Shown piece after piece: positions 42,420-52,175 of a stretch of 52,294 nucleotides of DNA (within the stretch, counting starts at the first letter, position 1; the number at the start of each line of letters is the position of its first letter). This stretch comes from Chthoniobacterales bacterium. Lineage in GTDB: Bacteria; Verrucomicrobiota; Verrucomicrobiia; Chthoniobacterales; JAFAMB01. The notes under the pieces are model-generated. The model was given only the letters and a program-made list of their open reading frames with translations, was not told where the DNA came from and searched no databases. The stretch spans positions 1-52,294 of the forward strand of contig JBAUZZ010000553.1 of the NCBI GenBank assembly GCA_049585495.1, read 5' to 3'. A program made the translations under genes and the position numbers.

Positions 42420-43094
42420 ATGCGAGTGCTTCTAGCTGAAGACGAAAAGAAGGTCTGCCAATTTGTTCGAAAGGCGCTCCGCGAAGCCGGGTTGGCCGTG
42501 GACGCTGTACATGACGGCGAGAGCGCGCTAGAAGCAGCGTTAACGGGCTGCTATGACGTCGTTGTCCTGGATATTATGATGCCAGGAAGGGATGGCTTGA
42601 GTGTACTCCGGATGTTGCGTGCAGCCAGAAATTCAACGCCAATACTCATACTTACAGCCCGCGGCGAAGTCTCGGAAAGAGTGGAAGGCTTAGAACTGGG
42701 CGCCGATGACTACGTAGCCAAGCCGTTCGCCATGCGCGAGCTGGTCGCGCGCGTCAATGCGCTCGCCCGCCGGGTCAACGGCGAACGGGCAACTGCCATG
42801 CGCGTGGCCGATCTGACGATGAATTTATTGACCCGCGAGGTCACCCGTGGCGGGAAGAAAATCGAGCTCGCAGTCCGCGAATTTGCTCTCCTGGACTATC
42901 TGATGCGATACCCTGGCCGCGTTTTATCGCGTACGAGCATCTGCGAGCACGTCTGGGATCATCATTTTGATACTGGAACCAACGTCGTAGATGTTTATAT
43001 CAATCGGCTTCGGCGAAAGATTGATGATTTTCACGAGGTAAAACTGCTCCATACCGTGCGTGGCGTGGGGTACATGTTGAGGGCACCGGAGTGA
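42420..43094 (+). CDS. OmpR-family response regulator (heavy-metal CusR/CopR-like)
   Basis: MRVLLAEDE...D...LDIMMPGRDG receiver domain plus a winged-helix C-terminus (LTRREF.LL.YL, VRGVGY). Confidence 0.92.
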   Translation: MRVLLAEDEKKVCQFVRKALREAGLAVDAVHDGESALEAALTGCYDVVVLDIMMPGRDGLSVLRMLRAARNSTPILILTARGEVSERVEGLELGADDYVAKPFAMRELVARVNALARRVNGERATAMRVADLTMNLLTREVTRGGKKIELAVREFALLDYLMRYPGRVLSRTSICEHVWDHHFDTGTNVVDVYINRLRRKIDDFHEVKLLHTVRGVGYMLRAPE

Positions 43095-44500
43095 AAGATT
43101 GGCCGCTGAGTACAAAGCTGACTGCATGGTCGGCGCTAATTGCCGGATTGAGTACGCTCTCCTGCATAATAGGTACAGGTTTTTTCTTGATCTGGGCGCA
43201 AATTGGTCTCTTGGACGGCCAGCTGAAAAAGGAGGCCAAGCATTTCTTTAACGAGTGGGAAGAGAGAGGTGATCAGTCCATGGAAGCGAGGCTGGCCCAA
43301 ATCCCCGGCATGCTGGCGGTGACCGCAACCAAGCGGTACATTCAGCTCCTGGACGACCATAAAAGGACCTTGTATGTCTCGCCCGACATTCCAGGTGCAG
43401 CTTTGCCGGCTACCGACCTCATCCGAGACACCATTCGAATGCGGGGTAAGCAGTATCGCATGGGGACCTTCCGACGCCACGGGCTCGAGCTGCGAATCGC
43501 CGCGGATATGGTCGCAATAGAAGAGGACGCAACCGAGCGAGCAATCACAATCGCATCGGCTCTCCCGGTTATGGTTGTGCTGACGGCCTTTGGCGGCTGG
43601 TGGATCGCTCGGAAGGCATTGCGCCCAGTGCATGCTATCGCCACGGCCGCCGAGGAAATCACAGCCGCGCGACTCGATCGTCGCCTTCCAGTCCCAGCTG
43701 TTGAAGACGAAATTGGACGGCTGACCAAGGTACTGAACGCGATGATTGATCGGCTCGACGTCAGTTTTCGTCAGGCAGTGCGATTTAGTGCGGACGCATC
43801 ACACGAGCTAAAGACACCGTTGACCGTTCTGAGGACAAGCATTGAAGATCTGCTTGAATCGCCGACTCTCTCCGAGGCTGACCGAAGCGCCGTTGCCGAC
43901 CTGCTCGAGCAAACGCTCCGACTTTCTTCCGTAACGGACAGTCTTCTGCTTTTGTCGCGTGCGGACGCCTGGCAGTTGCAGCTGGACTTGGAATCCACAA
44001 ACGTGTGCGAGATCATCCGGGCATGTGTCGACGATGCCCGGATTCTGGCCGAGCCTCGCGAAATCCAAATTGAAGAAAATCTGCCGAGTGCATTATACGC
44101 TAAAGTCGACTCAGGACGTCTGACCCAAATTCTGCTCAATCTGCTGGAGAACGCCATCAAGTACAATCTGGACCATGGCCTCGTGAAGATTGCTGCAGGG
44201 CCAGAGGTGGCGAAGAAAATCCTTTGGATCACTATCGGGAATACCGGTCAGGAGATTCGCCCGGAGATCGCTCCCCAGCTTTTTGAGCGATTCTTCCGTG
44301 ACGACCCGCAAGCCGGGATTCCCGGTCATGGATTGGGGCTCAGTATTGCTCGCGAACTGGCCAGAGCTCACGGCGGAGAGGTTACTCTTGCCCAATCTCG
44401 GGACGGTTGGACAGAGTTTCGGATCAGCCTTCCGCTGCAAAGTGACCTGCCCCGCCGCCCGGAGCGGACCAGCCGCGAGCTGGATGTTGTCCGTGGATAA
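43091..44500 (+). CDS. sensor histidine kinase (heavy-metal sensor type)
   Basis: GTGA overlap with the regulator stop. Two TM segments, HAMP, H-box SADASHELKTPL, N/G boxes (LLENAIKYN, GHGLGLSIAR). Confidence 0.92.
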   Translation: MKDWPLSTKLTAWSALIAGLSTLSCIIGTGFFLIWAQIGLLDGQLKKEAKHFFNEWEERGDQSMEARLAQIPGMLAVTATKRYIQLLDDHKRTLYVSPDIPGAALPATDLIRDTIRMRGKQYRMGTFRRHGLELRIAADMVAIEEDATERAITIASALPVMVVLTAFGGWWIARKALRPVHAIATAAEEITAARLDRRLPVPAVEDEIGRLTKVLNAMIDRLDVSFRQAVRFSADASHELKTPLTVLRTSIEDLLESPTLSEADRSAVADLLEQTLRLSSVTDSLLLLSRADAWQLQLDLESTNVCEIIRACVDDARILAEPREIQIEENLPSALYAKVDSGRLTQILLNLLENAIKYNLDHGLVKIAAGPEVAKKILWITIGNTGQEIRPEIAPQLFERFFRDDPQAGIPGHGLGLSIARELARAHGGEVTLAQSRDGWTEFRISLPLQSDLPRRPERTSRELDVVRG

Positions 44501-44529
44501 GGCGGCGCAAAGCGTGTGTCGATTCTGTT

Positions 44530-44673
44530 GAAGCGCCACCGGTAGGGCGAAGCTCCAGCTGAGCCGCTCTGCGGACCCTGCCGCAACTGCCATACGATTC
44601 ACCTATGGCGGAAGCCAGCCACGGCTCGCCGGGAGGCTCGCCCTACCGATGATGTACCACGGAAGCGCCACCG
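44530..44673. repeat. REP doublet flanked by a 12-nt direct repeat
   Basis: ggtagggcgaagctccagctgagccgc (44541-44567) and ggctcgccgggaggctcgccctacc (44623-44647). gaagcgccaccg occurs at 44530 and 44662. Confidence 0.78.
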
Positions 44674-44682
44674 AATTTGGCT

Positions 44683-46206
44683 TTAGATAGTTGGCGAGTC
44701 CGGTCGGGAACCGTTAGAACCGCTCGAGAAAACACTAGAGCCGAAAACGAAGACGGAGACCAAAAGAGGAAGGGTATAGCGCGGCTGCGAATAAACACCT
44801 AGGCAAGTTGCGCCATAGACGGCAACGCCGGCTCCCAAGGCGGTTAGTCCGATCAACAGAACGTTCGGCGGGAGCGCCTTCCTTCTGAGGCGCCAAGCTC
44901 CTATAACAGCAAACAAAATAAACCAGACAAGGATCGGTACCCCTTGCCAGTGCCCAATAAGCGGATCGCGCTGAGCTTTCTCCAGCATGCGTCTGGCGGT
45001 AGAAAAATCGAAGAATGGCAATGGAGGCAGATGGTTCCACCGTGAGGGTTCTTCTTCCACTACGCGAGCGAACAGGAACGTTGCGAAGGGACCGGACAGC
45101 GCAACGCGGTAGTCGCTTGTCGGCGCCCACCCTCTGGCAAACTCTTTGAGGATGATCGCGATCAATTTTGGATCAAGCGTTTGATAGAAGCAGACCATGG
45201 CGCGCAAAATTACCCTATCGCTTTCGGCCTGGTTTTGCTCTCCCTGGAGTCCTTGTTCCTTTAGGGCATCACGTATCACCCGGTCGGTACCCAAATGATA
45301 AGATCCGAGCTCGATCTGGGATGCCACTGCCAGGCGCACAGTCGGATCGGTAGTCAATGCGCTCGCCTTACGCAGAAGCTGTTCCCTTTCTGGAACGGAA
45401 AGTTGATTAACGAGTGTAGCAATCCGGTCGCTTAAGGTCCCCCCAAGGGTTGATCGCTCGATGACGTTGAAGCGGTGGCTCAAATACGCGACTAAGGAAT
45501 GCTCGATGCCGAGGATAGCCAGGCTAGCAACAATTCCACTCACCGCAATTCGAGCTTCCCGAGACTTCAATTTTCGAGAGCTAGTCAAAACCAAGGCTGT
45601 GAAGGGCAGCCACGCCAGCAGGACTACATTGATTTGGCGCGAGCCGATGGCTAGGAAAAGGGCGGCGATGTAGACTACCCAGGTTCGCCAGGTCGTTGTA
45701 GCGGTGAGAATTCGAAAACCGGCGCCAAATACCACGAACCAGCTAATGCTGGTTGTCGCCTCAGATCCACAGGTGTGAGCGAACGCGTAAAAGCTTGCGA
45801 CGGAGGCGAGCAGCACGGTGACGATCCCTCGATTCAATTTGGATAGCGGAAGCGAAACCAGGAAATAGCGCAGCGCTACCCAAAGACCGGCATGCTGAAG
45901 TAGGATCAGTGCAAATACGCCTGCCAGCGAAGGGTGTTGCTCGTCAAAGACAGTTGGCGCGTGGCCAGAAATCTTGCCTATAATCCAAAACGGAAGCCGT
46001 CCGCCAAAACAATAGATCGGTGGAAAATGCAGGATATTCGCTGCCCAGGCCGGCGAAAGTAGCTGGTGGACTGCATCGACGTCTTTCCAGAATGGCAAAA
46101 AGCGCCAGAACATCCAGGCCGAAGGAAGAGCCAGGACTGGCGTCGGATGGCGCCCGATCAACTCGAAAACCCAGGCGACTCTGCGACGGAATGCGTTATT
46201 GAACAT
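44683..46206 (-). CDS. polytopic membrane protein, paralog of 172-1800 (possible GT-C-like)
   Basis: ORF 44683-46269 trimmed to the ATG at 46206 (MFNNAF...), because the longer form overlaps lpdA by 35 nt. Conserved block WKDVDAVHQLLSPAWAANILHFPPIYCFGGRLPFWI. Confidence 0.8.
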   Translation of the reverse strand: MFNNAFRRRVAWVFELIGRHPTPVLALPSAWMFWRFLPFWKDVDAVHQLLSPAWAANILHFPPIYCFGGRLPFWIIGKISGHAPTVFDEQHPSLAGVFALILLQHAGLWVALRYFLVSLPLSKLNRGIVTVLLASVASFYAFAHTCGSEATTSISWFVVFGAGFRILTATTTWRTWVVYIAALFLAIGSRQINVVLLAWLPFTALVLTSSRKLKSREARIAVSGIVASLAILGIEHSLVAYLSHRFNVIERSTLGGTLSDRIATLVNQLSVPEREQLLRKASALTTDPTVRLAVASQIELGSYHLGTDRVIRDALKEQGLQGEQNQAESDRVILRAMVCFYQTLDPKLIAIILKEFARGWAPTSDYRVALSGPFATFLFARVVEEEPSRWNHLPPLPFFDFSTARRMLEKAQRDPLIGHWQGVPILVWFILFAVIGAWRLRRKALPPNVLLIGLTALGAGVAVYGATCLGVYSQPRYTLPLLVSVFVFGSSVFSSGSNGSRPDSPTI

Positions 46207-46234
46207 CGTAGACCGCAATGTGTAATTTTGCGGG

Positions 46235-47611
46235 CTAGATATGAATCGCTTCCCCGAACGCGGCGCCACTTGCCTCGTGGATCGCTTCGCTCAAGGTCGG
46301 ATGCGCGTGAATCGTCGCTTCGATCTCTTCATAAGTTGCCTCAAGGTTGATCGCCAATCCGAGCTCTGCGATCAGCTCGGTGGCTTCCGCCCCGATAATA
46401 TGCGCTCCCAGGATTTCACCATGCGGCTGGCCAATAATCAGCTTGACGAAGCCTTCAGGCTCCCCAACGGCGAGTGCCTTGCCGTTAGCCAAGAACGGAA
46501 ATTTTCCGACCTTGAACTGCAGGCCCTGTTCTTTCGCAGCTCGTTCGGTTAGCCCAACGCTTGCGACCTGTGGTTGGCAGTAGGTGCAGCCCGGGTATAC
46601 GGTCACCCGCTTCGGTTGATGGGAAGTAAACATCCCTTCAACGGCCTGGGTCGCTTCCCACATCGCAACGTGGGCCAACCAAGGGGGGCCAATAACGTCG
46701 CCGGCGGCAAACAGCTTATCGACGTTGGTCTGGTAACGCCCATCGACTTCGATGTAGCCTTTTCGGTCCAGCCGTAACTCGATGCCGCGCGGCACCAGTG
46801 GTGCGACACCGATCGCCACCAGAAGACAATCGGCGTCGAGTGTCTCTTGCCTCTTGCCTTCCACCATAATCCGCGCAGTTGTCTTGTCAGCCTCGGCCTT
46901 AACAACCTTCGTGTTGGTGAGTATTTTGATTCCCTGCTTGGACAACGACTTTTCCAGCGCCACACTAACTTCGGTGTCCTCGACGGGAAGAGCGTTAGGC
47001 AGCATCTCGACCAGTGTGACCTGGGTGCCGAACGCGTTGAAAAAGTAAGCGAATTCAACGCCGATGGCGCCGGCGCCAATAATGATCAGCCGTTTTGGCT
47101 GGTTTTCCAGGATCATCGCCTGGTGACTGTCAACGACTGTCTGGCCGTTAATAGTAAGTCCCGGCATCTCTCGAGCTACCGCGCCCGTGGCGATCAAAAT
47201 ATTAGCTGCTTCGACCGTCTCCTGTTGCCCCTCTTTAGTCAGGTAGACGACCTGGTTAGAATCCGGAATCGTGGCTTCGCCGCGAAGATAGTCGATCTGG
47301 TTCTTTTTAAACAGGAATTCAACGCCGCCGGCGAGCCTATCGGCTACAGCTCGGCTACGGGAAATCACCTTGGTCCAATCAAACCCGAGCTGGTCAAACT
47401 TGAGGCCGAAATCAGCGGCGCGCTTGCGCAGCAGCTCATAAAGCTCGGCGTTGCGAAGCAGCGACTTCGTCGGGATGCAGCCCCAATTCAGGCAGGTGCC
47501 GCCGGCTCGATCCTTTTCGACGCAGGCCACTTTCTTCCCGAGCTGAGCGGCCCGAATTGCGCCAACATAACCCGCGGGACCGCCACCCACGACAACAAGA
47601 TCGTATTTCAT
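46235..47611 (-). CDS. lpdA: dihydrolipoyl dehydrogenase (E3)
   Basis: MKYDLVVVGGGPAGY, redox-active GGTCLNWGCIPTK, HAHPTLSE. Confidence 0.95.
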   Translation of the reverse strand: MKYDLVVVGGGPAGYVGAIRAAQLGKKVACVEKDRAGGTCLNWGCIPTKSLLRNAELYELLRKRAADFGLKFDQLGFDWTKVISRSRAVADRLAGGVEFLFKKNQIDYLRGEATIPDSNQVVYLTKEGQQETVEAANILIATGAVAREMPGLTINGQTVVDSHQAMILENQPKRLIIIGAGAIGVEFAYFFNAFGTQVTLVEMLPNALPVEDTEVSVALEKSLSKQGIKILTNTKVVKAEADKTTARIMVEGKRQETLDADCLLVAIGVAPLVPRGIELRLDRKGYIEVDGRYQTNVDKLFAAGDVIGPPWLAHVAMWEATQAVEGMFTSHQPKRVTVYPGCTYCQPQVASVGLTERAAKEQGLQFKVGKFPFLANGKALAVGEPEGFVKLIIGQPHGEILGAHIIGAEATELIAELGLAINLEATYEEIEATIHAHPTLSEAIHEASGAAFGEAIHI

Positions 47612-47632
47612 AGTTTAGTGTCAGTTGTTGAG

Positions 47633-47851
47633 CCTGGAGGGCGACGCTCCGCCGTCGCCGGATCTGCAGAAGTTAGTTTATGCGTTAGGTTTACTATTAA
47701 CATGGTCAGTTTCTGGACATCGTTACCCTGCGCTAACTAACCGCTCGGTTCTCGGGTTGCATCTAGCAGGCACACCAAATCTGGCTCTGCGACTTAAAGT
47801 TAATGTTTAACTCCCATGGATTCCGGCGACGGCGGAGCGTCGCCCTTCAGG
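47633..47851. repeat. REP doublet (GGCGACG...CGTCGCC family) with an AT-rich 160-nt spacer, between lpdA and pdhC
   Basis: cctggagggcgacgctccgccgtcgccgg (47633-47661) and ccggcgacggcggagcgtcgcccttcagg (47823-47851). Confidence 0.85.
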
Positions 47852-47888
47852 CCTTCCGGATTGACCATTAACCACTGACACCGGACGC

Positions 47889-49238
47889 TTAAATTAACAT
47901 CAGCGCCGGGTTCTCTAACAGTTTTTTTAATTCGGCCAGGAATTGGGCACCGATCGCACCGTCGACTACCCGATGGTCACAGCTAATTCCAAGGATGATG
48001 CGCTGTCCAACAACGATTTGGCCCGCGGCATTGACCACTGGCTTCTGGATGATCGTTCCAACGGAAACGATTACGGATTGCGGCGGGTTAATGATGGCGA
48101 AGAATTGTTCGACTCCATAACCGCCAAGGTTGGAGACCGTTATAGTGCCGCCTTGGTATTCTTCCGGCTTCAGCTTTTTGGAGCGGGCTCGGTTAGCCAG
48201 ATCCTTGATGTCCGTGCTGATCTGGCTCAGGCTCTTTTTTTGAGCTTCCCGAATCACCGGCGTAACCAAGCCGTCTTCGATGGCAACGGCGCAGGCGAGC
48301 TGGACATTGGCGAACTGGATAACGGCGTCGCCGGCAAAGGCAGCGTTAGCCTGAGGCACCCGAGTCGCGGCGACTGCGGTCGCTTTGAGGATGAAGTCGT
48401 TGACGGTGATCTTGCCGAGGCCGGCGGATTCGAGGGATGCATTGATTTCTCGTCGGAGATTGACCATCGGCCCAGCGTCGATCTCGGCCTGAAGATAGAA
48501 ATGTGGGATTGTGGTTTTGGCTTCGAGCAGACGGGTAGCGATCGCCTTTCGCATGCCGCTCATCGGAATGCGCCTATCCTCGGCGGCCGCGGCGACGCCG
48601 AGCTCCTTGGCCGGAACCGGTTGCGGTCGCACTTTCGGTCCCTTTTGAGCAGTCTTCGCCGCTTCGAGGACGTCGTCACGGAGAATTCGGCTACCGGGGC
48701 CAGAGCCTGCAACGGACTTTAAGTCCACGCCTAGCTCCCGGGCGATCTTCTTGGCAAGCGGGGAGGCTTTCACGCGGCCATCCTGAATCTCCGCGGAGAC
48801 CTCATCCCCTGCTCTCTCTAATTTGCTTACTTCTTCCTGCCCTTGTTCTGCAGTCTTCTTCGGCTCCTTGGTAGCTGGCTTATCGGACTTTGCATCGGCT
48901 GCGTTAGTCTCATCACCCTCTGGCTTGCCCGATTTCGCACTTGCTGCGGCGCTTCGAATGGCTGATCTCCCGGGTTCCCCGCCCCCGCTCGGTTTCTCGC
49001 CTTCCTGCAGTAACAGCGCAAGCCTTTGGCCGATCTCCACTTTTTGACCTTCGTTTACGAAGATCTCGCTCAAGGTGCCTTCATCGAACGCCTCCATTTC
49101 CATCGTGGCTTTGTCGGTTTCCACTTCGGCAATGACATCACCAACGGCAACGGTATCGCCGACCTTTTTGAGCCACCGCACCAGTGTGCCCTCGGTCATC
49201 GTGTCACTTAGCTTCGGCATTTCGATCGTGATCGGCAT
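47889..49238 (-). CDS. pdhC: dihydrolipoamide acetyltransferase (E2) of the pyruvate dehydrogenase complex
   Basis: Start at the ATG 49238 (MPITIEMPKLSDTMTEG). Lipoyl motif ETDKATME, E3-binding ASPLAKKIARELGVDL, catalytic DHRVVDG. Confidence 0.93.
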   Translation of the reverse strand: MPITIEMPKLSDTMTEGTLVRWLKKVGDTVAVGDVIAEVETDKATMEMEAFDEGTLSEIFVNEGQKVEIGQRLALLLQEGEKPSGGGEPGRSAIRSAAASAKSGKPEGDETNAADAKSDKPATKEPKKTAEQGQEEVSKLERAGDEVSAEIQDGRVKASPLAKKIARELGVDLKSVAGSGPGSRILRDDVLEAAKTAQKGPKVRPQPVPAKELGVAAAAEDRRIPMSGMRKAIATRLLEAKTTIPHFYLQAEIDAGPMVNLRREINASLESAGLGKITVNDFILKATAVAATRVPQANAAFAGDAVIQFANVQLACAVAIEDGLVTPVIREAQKKSLSQISTDIKDLANRARSKKLKPEEYQGGTITVSNLGGYGVEQFFAIINPPQSVIVSVGTIIQKPVVNAAGQIVVGQRIILGISCDHRVVDGAIGAQFLAELKKLLENPALMLI

Positions 49239-49254
49239 AAACGAGTCCCTGGCG

Positions 49255-50229
49255 TTAACAGATTTCAAGGACACTGGTGATCACGCGTTGGGGATCGGGC
49301 AGTTGCTTCCTTTCAACAGGCGGGCTGTAGATGGCGGGAGCATCAATCGCCGAGACTCGGCCAACCGGCGCGTCAAGGTCGTCGAACGCCTTTCCCTGTA
49401 TGATCGAAGTCACTTGCGCCCCAACGCCGCAGAACGGCTTGTTTTCTTCCACTACCACGGCGCGATGGGTTTTGCGCACCGAGGCCAGAATGGTTTCTTC
49501 GTCAAGCGGGCGGATCGAACGCAGGTCGATCACCTCTGCATCGATATCATGCTCCGCGGCAAGGAACTCCGCCGCCTTCAGGCAGGTGATAACAGCCCGT
49601 CCGTGGGCGATAAGCGAGATGTCGGTACCCGGCCGTTTCGCCTCGGCCAAACCAAGGGGAACGAGGTATTCCTCCTCAGGGACCTCCCACTTCTCACCGT
49701 ACAAGAGAGTGTTCTCCATAACCATGACGGGATCGTTGTCGCGAATGGCAGACTTCATCAGTCCTTTAGCGTCAAAAGCAGTCGCCGGAGAAACGACTTT
49801 CAGGCCAGGCATATTCGCGAGGAGGTTTTCGGGCGTGTGCGAATGAGTCGCGCCAACGTTGGTGCCAGCGTTTGCCGGGCCGCGAATAACTATCGGTAAA
49901 TTGACGAGCCCGCCGGACATATAACGGATGCAGCCCGCGTTATTGATGATCTGATCTAAAGCAACATAAGCGAAGCTCCAGAACATCAGTTCAAGCACCG
50001 GACGAAGTCCGAGCATTGCCGCGCCAATACCCAACCCGATAAATCCGGCTTCGCTGATCGGCGTATCAACGACGCGTTTGTCGCCGTACTTCTTCCAAAG
50101 CCCTTCGGTGACCTTGTAAGCACCGTTATATTGCGCGACCTCTTCGCCAATAATTACGACGTTTTCATCGCGTCGAATCTCTTCATCGAGGGCATTCTTC
50201 AGGGCTTCGCGGTAAGTAATCAGCGGCAT
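49255..50229 (-). CDS. pdhB: pyruvate dehydrogenase E1 component, beta subunit
   Basis: MPLITYREALKNALDEEIRRDENVVIIGEEVAQYNGAYKVT..., typical transketolase-like Pyr and C-terminal domains. Confidence 0.95.
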   Translation of the reverse strand: MPLITYREALKNALDEEIRRDENVVIIGEEVAQYNGAYKVTEGLWKKYGDKRVVDTPISEAGFIGLGIGAAMLGLRPVLELMFWSFAYVALDQIINNAGCIRYMSGGLVNLPIVIRGPANAGTNVGATHSHTPENLLANMPGLKVVSPATAFDAKGLMKSAIRDNDPVMVMENTLLYGEKWEVPEEEYLVPLGLAEAKRPGTDISLIAHGRAVITCLKAAEFLAAEHDIDAEVIDLRSIRPLDEETILASVRKTHRAVVVEENKPFCGVGAQVTSIIQGKAFDDLDAPVGRVSAIDAPAIYSPPVERKQLPDPQRVITSVLEIC

Positions 50230-50244
50230 TTGTTTACCCCAACT

Positions 50245-51318
50245 TTAGGTATTGAAAAAGTAGGTCCCGTACTTGGCCGCGTCCGAATGGTTGTCGACTT
50301 CCCAATAAACGTCCGTCAAAATGTCCGACTCTTCCGGAAACGGACTTTGCTCCGCAAACTTCACCGCGTTGTTAGCTTCGTCCTTGGCCTGGCGATCGAT
50401 CTCTTCACAATCGCTCTCGGTGACAACCCCCTCCGCCAGCAGGCGGCTTGTCCAGATCCGGATCGGATCGTGCCTGCTCTTGTACTCCTCGATTTCCTCG
50501 GGAGTACGGTATTTCTTCGCGTTGGCGTCGGCCACAGAGTGGCCATAATAGCGATAGGTTTGTATCTCCAGAACTGTAGGCTCCGATTCGTTATGCGCTC
50601 GGTCAATCGCAACCTGGGTTTTTGCGCGCACCTCATAGATGTCCTCTCCGTAAAATACATCCCAGGCAATGTTGTAGGCTTCCGCGCGCCGAGCCAGGGC
50701 GTCTTTGAAGGCGGAGGAACGTTTTTGGCTGGTCCCCATCGAATAGCCATTGTTTTCGATAATATAAATGACCGGAAGTTTGAAGAGAGCCGCTAAGTTC
50801 AACGATTCATGAAATGGACCCTGGTTAATCGCTCCGTCGCCCAAATAACAGAGGCAGCAGCCGCGGAGACCCTTGTATTTCAGGGCATAGGCGATCCCAG
50901 CACCTAGCGGCGTCTGGCCGCCAACGATGCCGTGCCCACCCCAATAGCGTCTGTCGGGAGCAAAAAAATGCATTGACCCCCCCTTTCCTTTCGAACAACC
51001 GGTCGCCTTCCCGAACAACTCCGCCATGCATTCGTCCATGCTCATCCCGACGGCGAGAGCGTGGCCATGATCGCGGTAAGCGGTGATAACATGATCGTTC
51101 TCGCCCAGGAGCGAGATGGTCCCGACCGCCACGGCTTCCTCACCAGAATAGAGGTGCAGGAATCCACCCATCTTCCCGAGGTTGTAGTACTTGAGCGAGG
51201 TTTGTTCAAACCGCCGGATCCGGCACATATCGCGGAGAAGCTTGATCTTTTCGGCTTTGGTAAAAGAGCGATTGATCGCGGCGTCAGCGTAGGCGGATGA
51301 ATCGACCAACATATCCAT
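50245..51318 (-). CDS. pdhA: pyruvate dehydrogenase E1 component, alpha subunit
   Basis: TPP motif LGDGAINQG....LN.A, YRYYGHSVAD, 357 aa. Confidence 0.95.
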   Translation of the reverse strand: MDMLVDSSAYADAAINRSFTKAEKIKLLRDMCRIRRFEQTSLKYYNLGKMGGFLHLYSGEEAVAVGTISLLGENDHVITAYRDHGHALAVGMSMDECMAELFGKATGCSKGKGGSMHFFAPDRRYWGGHGIVGGQTPLGAGIAYALKYKGLRGCCLCYLGDGAINQGPFHESLNLAALFKLPVIYIIENNGYSMGTSQKRSSAFKDALARRAEAYNIAWDVFYGEDIYEVRAKTQVAIDRAHNESEPTVLEIQTYRYYGHSVADANAKKYRTPEEIEEYKSRHDPIRIWTSRLLAEGVVTESDCEEIDRQAKDEANNAVKFAEQSPFPEESDILTDVYWEVDNHSDAAKYGTYFFNT

Positions 51319-51342
51319 AAACTATACTACCTCGTTTGCCGG

Positions 51343-51969
51343 CTAGTGCCTAATTTGCTGGGGTCCAGACTCCGGCACGTGTCCCGGGGATCTTCTGCAG
51401 ACAGCTTGCGTCGCGACGAAGAGCGCCGTGAACAGCAAGTCACTGATCAGCGTATTCCGCAGGAACAAAATGGTAGGTTGCATTCCAGGGTGGCCAACCG
51501 TGAGAGCCTGAGCCCAGCCGGCGAAGGTGATCGGATAGTGCTGCACGGGAACGGGAAAGGGCGGGTCAACCAGCCAATCGATCGTATTCGTGAGAACATA
51601 GAAGATGAGCGAGCTCAGAATCGAGCACCCAAACAATAACAACGTTTTGTGACTCTGTTGTTTCGAAATCCACAACCCGAGCAGGAGAATGAGCCCAAAA
51701 CTAAAATACCCGGGAATCATCCGGGTATCGAGCAGGGGCACATGATAGTGCGCGTTCAAAATAATGTCCGAGACCAGGAGGGCTACTACGGGTACCAGGA
51801 AGGCGGCTTTCCGAGAGAGAAAAGCGCCCGAGCAAAGGACAACGGCTGCCATCGGAGAAAAGTTTCCCCACTCAGCCGGTGAACCAGCAAATGCGTACAG
51901 CAGGCGATAGAGGATCGCTCCGAGGGTGAGAACAAGGGCTTGAACCATGACGGCGAAATAGTTAGGCAA
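51343..51969 (-). CDS. small polytopic membrane protein, tentatively DUF6580-like putative transporter
   Basis: 208 aa, ~6 TM. WGNFSPMAAVVLCSGAFL resembles the N.SPIGA..LFGG motif I associate with DUF6580. Lies 24 nt upstream of pdhA on the same strand. Family assignment is from memory only. Confidence 0.55.
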   Translation of the reverse strand: MPNYFAVMVQALVLTLGAILYRLLYAFAGSPAEWGNFSPMAAVVLCSGAFLSRKAAFLVPVVALLVSDIILNAHYHVPLLDTRMIPGYFSFGLILLLGLWISKQQSHKTLLLFGCSILSSLIFYVLTNTIDWLVDPPFPVPVQHYPITFAGWAQALTVGHPGMQPTILFLRNTLISDLLFTALFVATQAVCRRSPGHVPESGPQQIRH

Positions 51970-52054
51970 TGAGCTAACGAAATCAATGTGAATTGAAAAA
52001 TCAATGGTGACCTGGGGCCAGGATTATAATAACCTAAAATAAAGATGTACTGAT

Positions 52055-52139
52055 CGTGCGAGACGCGCTTCGGCGCGTCCTAAATCGCAGGCGATGCCAT
52101 ATCGGCGATTTAGGCCAAGGTGGAACTTGGACCCTACCG
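52055..52139 (-). repeat. three-hairpin repeat unit ending in CCCTACC
   Basis: gacgcgc-ttcg-gcgcgtc (52062-52079), cctaaatcgc...gcgatttagg (52079-52114), ccaag-gtggaa-cttgg (52115-52130), then accctaccg. Confidence 0.65.
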
Positions 52140-52175
52140 TACCTTTGGCTGGTCAAGCCCAGGAATGATGTGACC

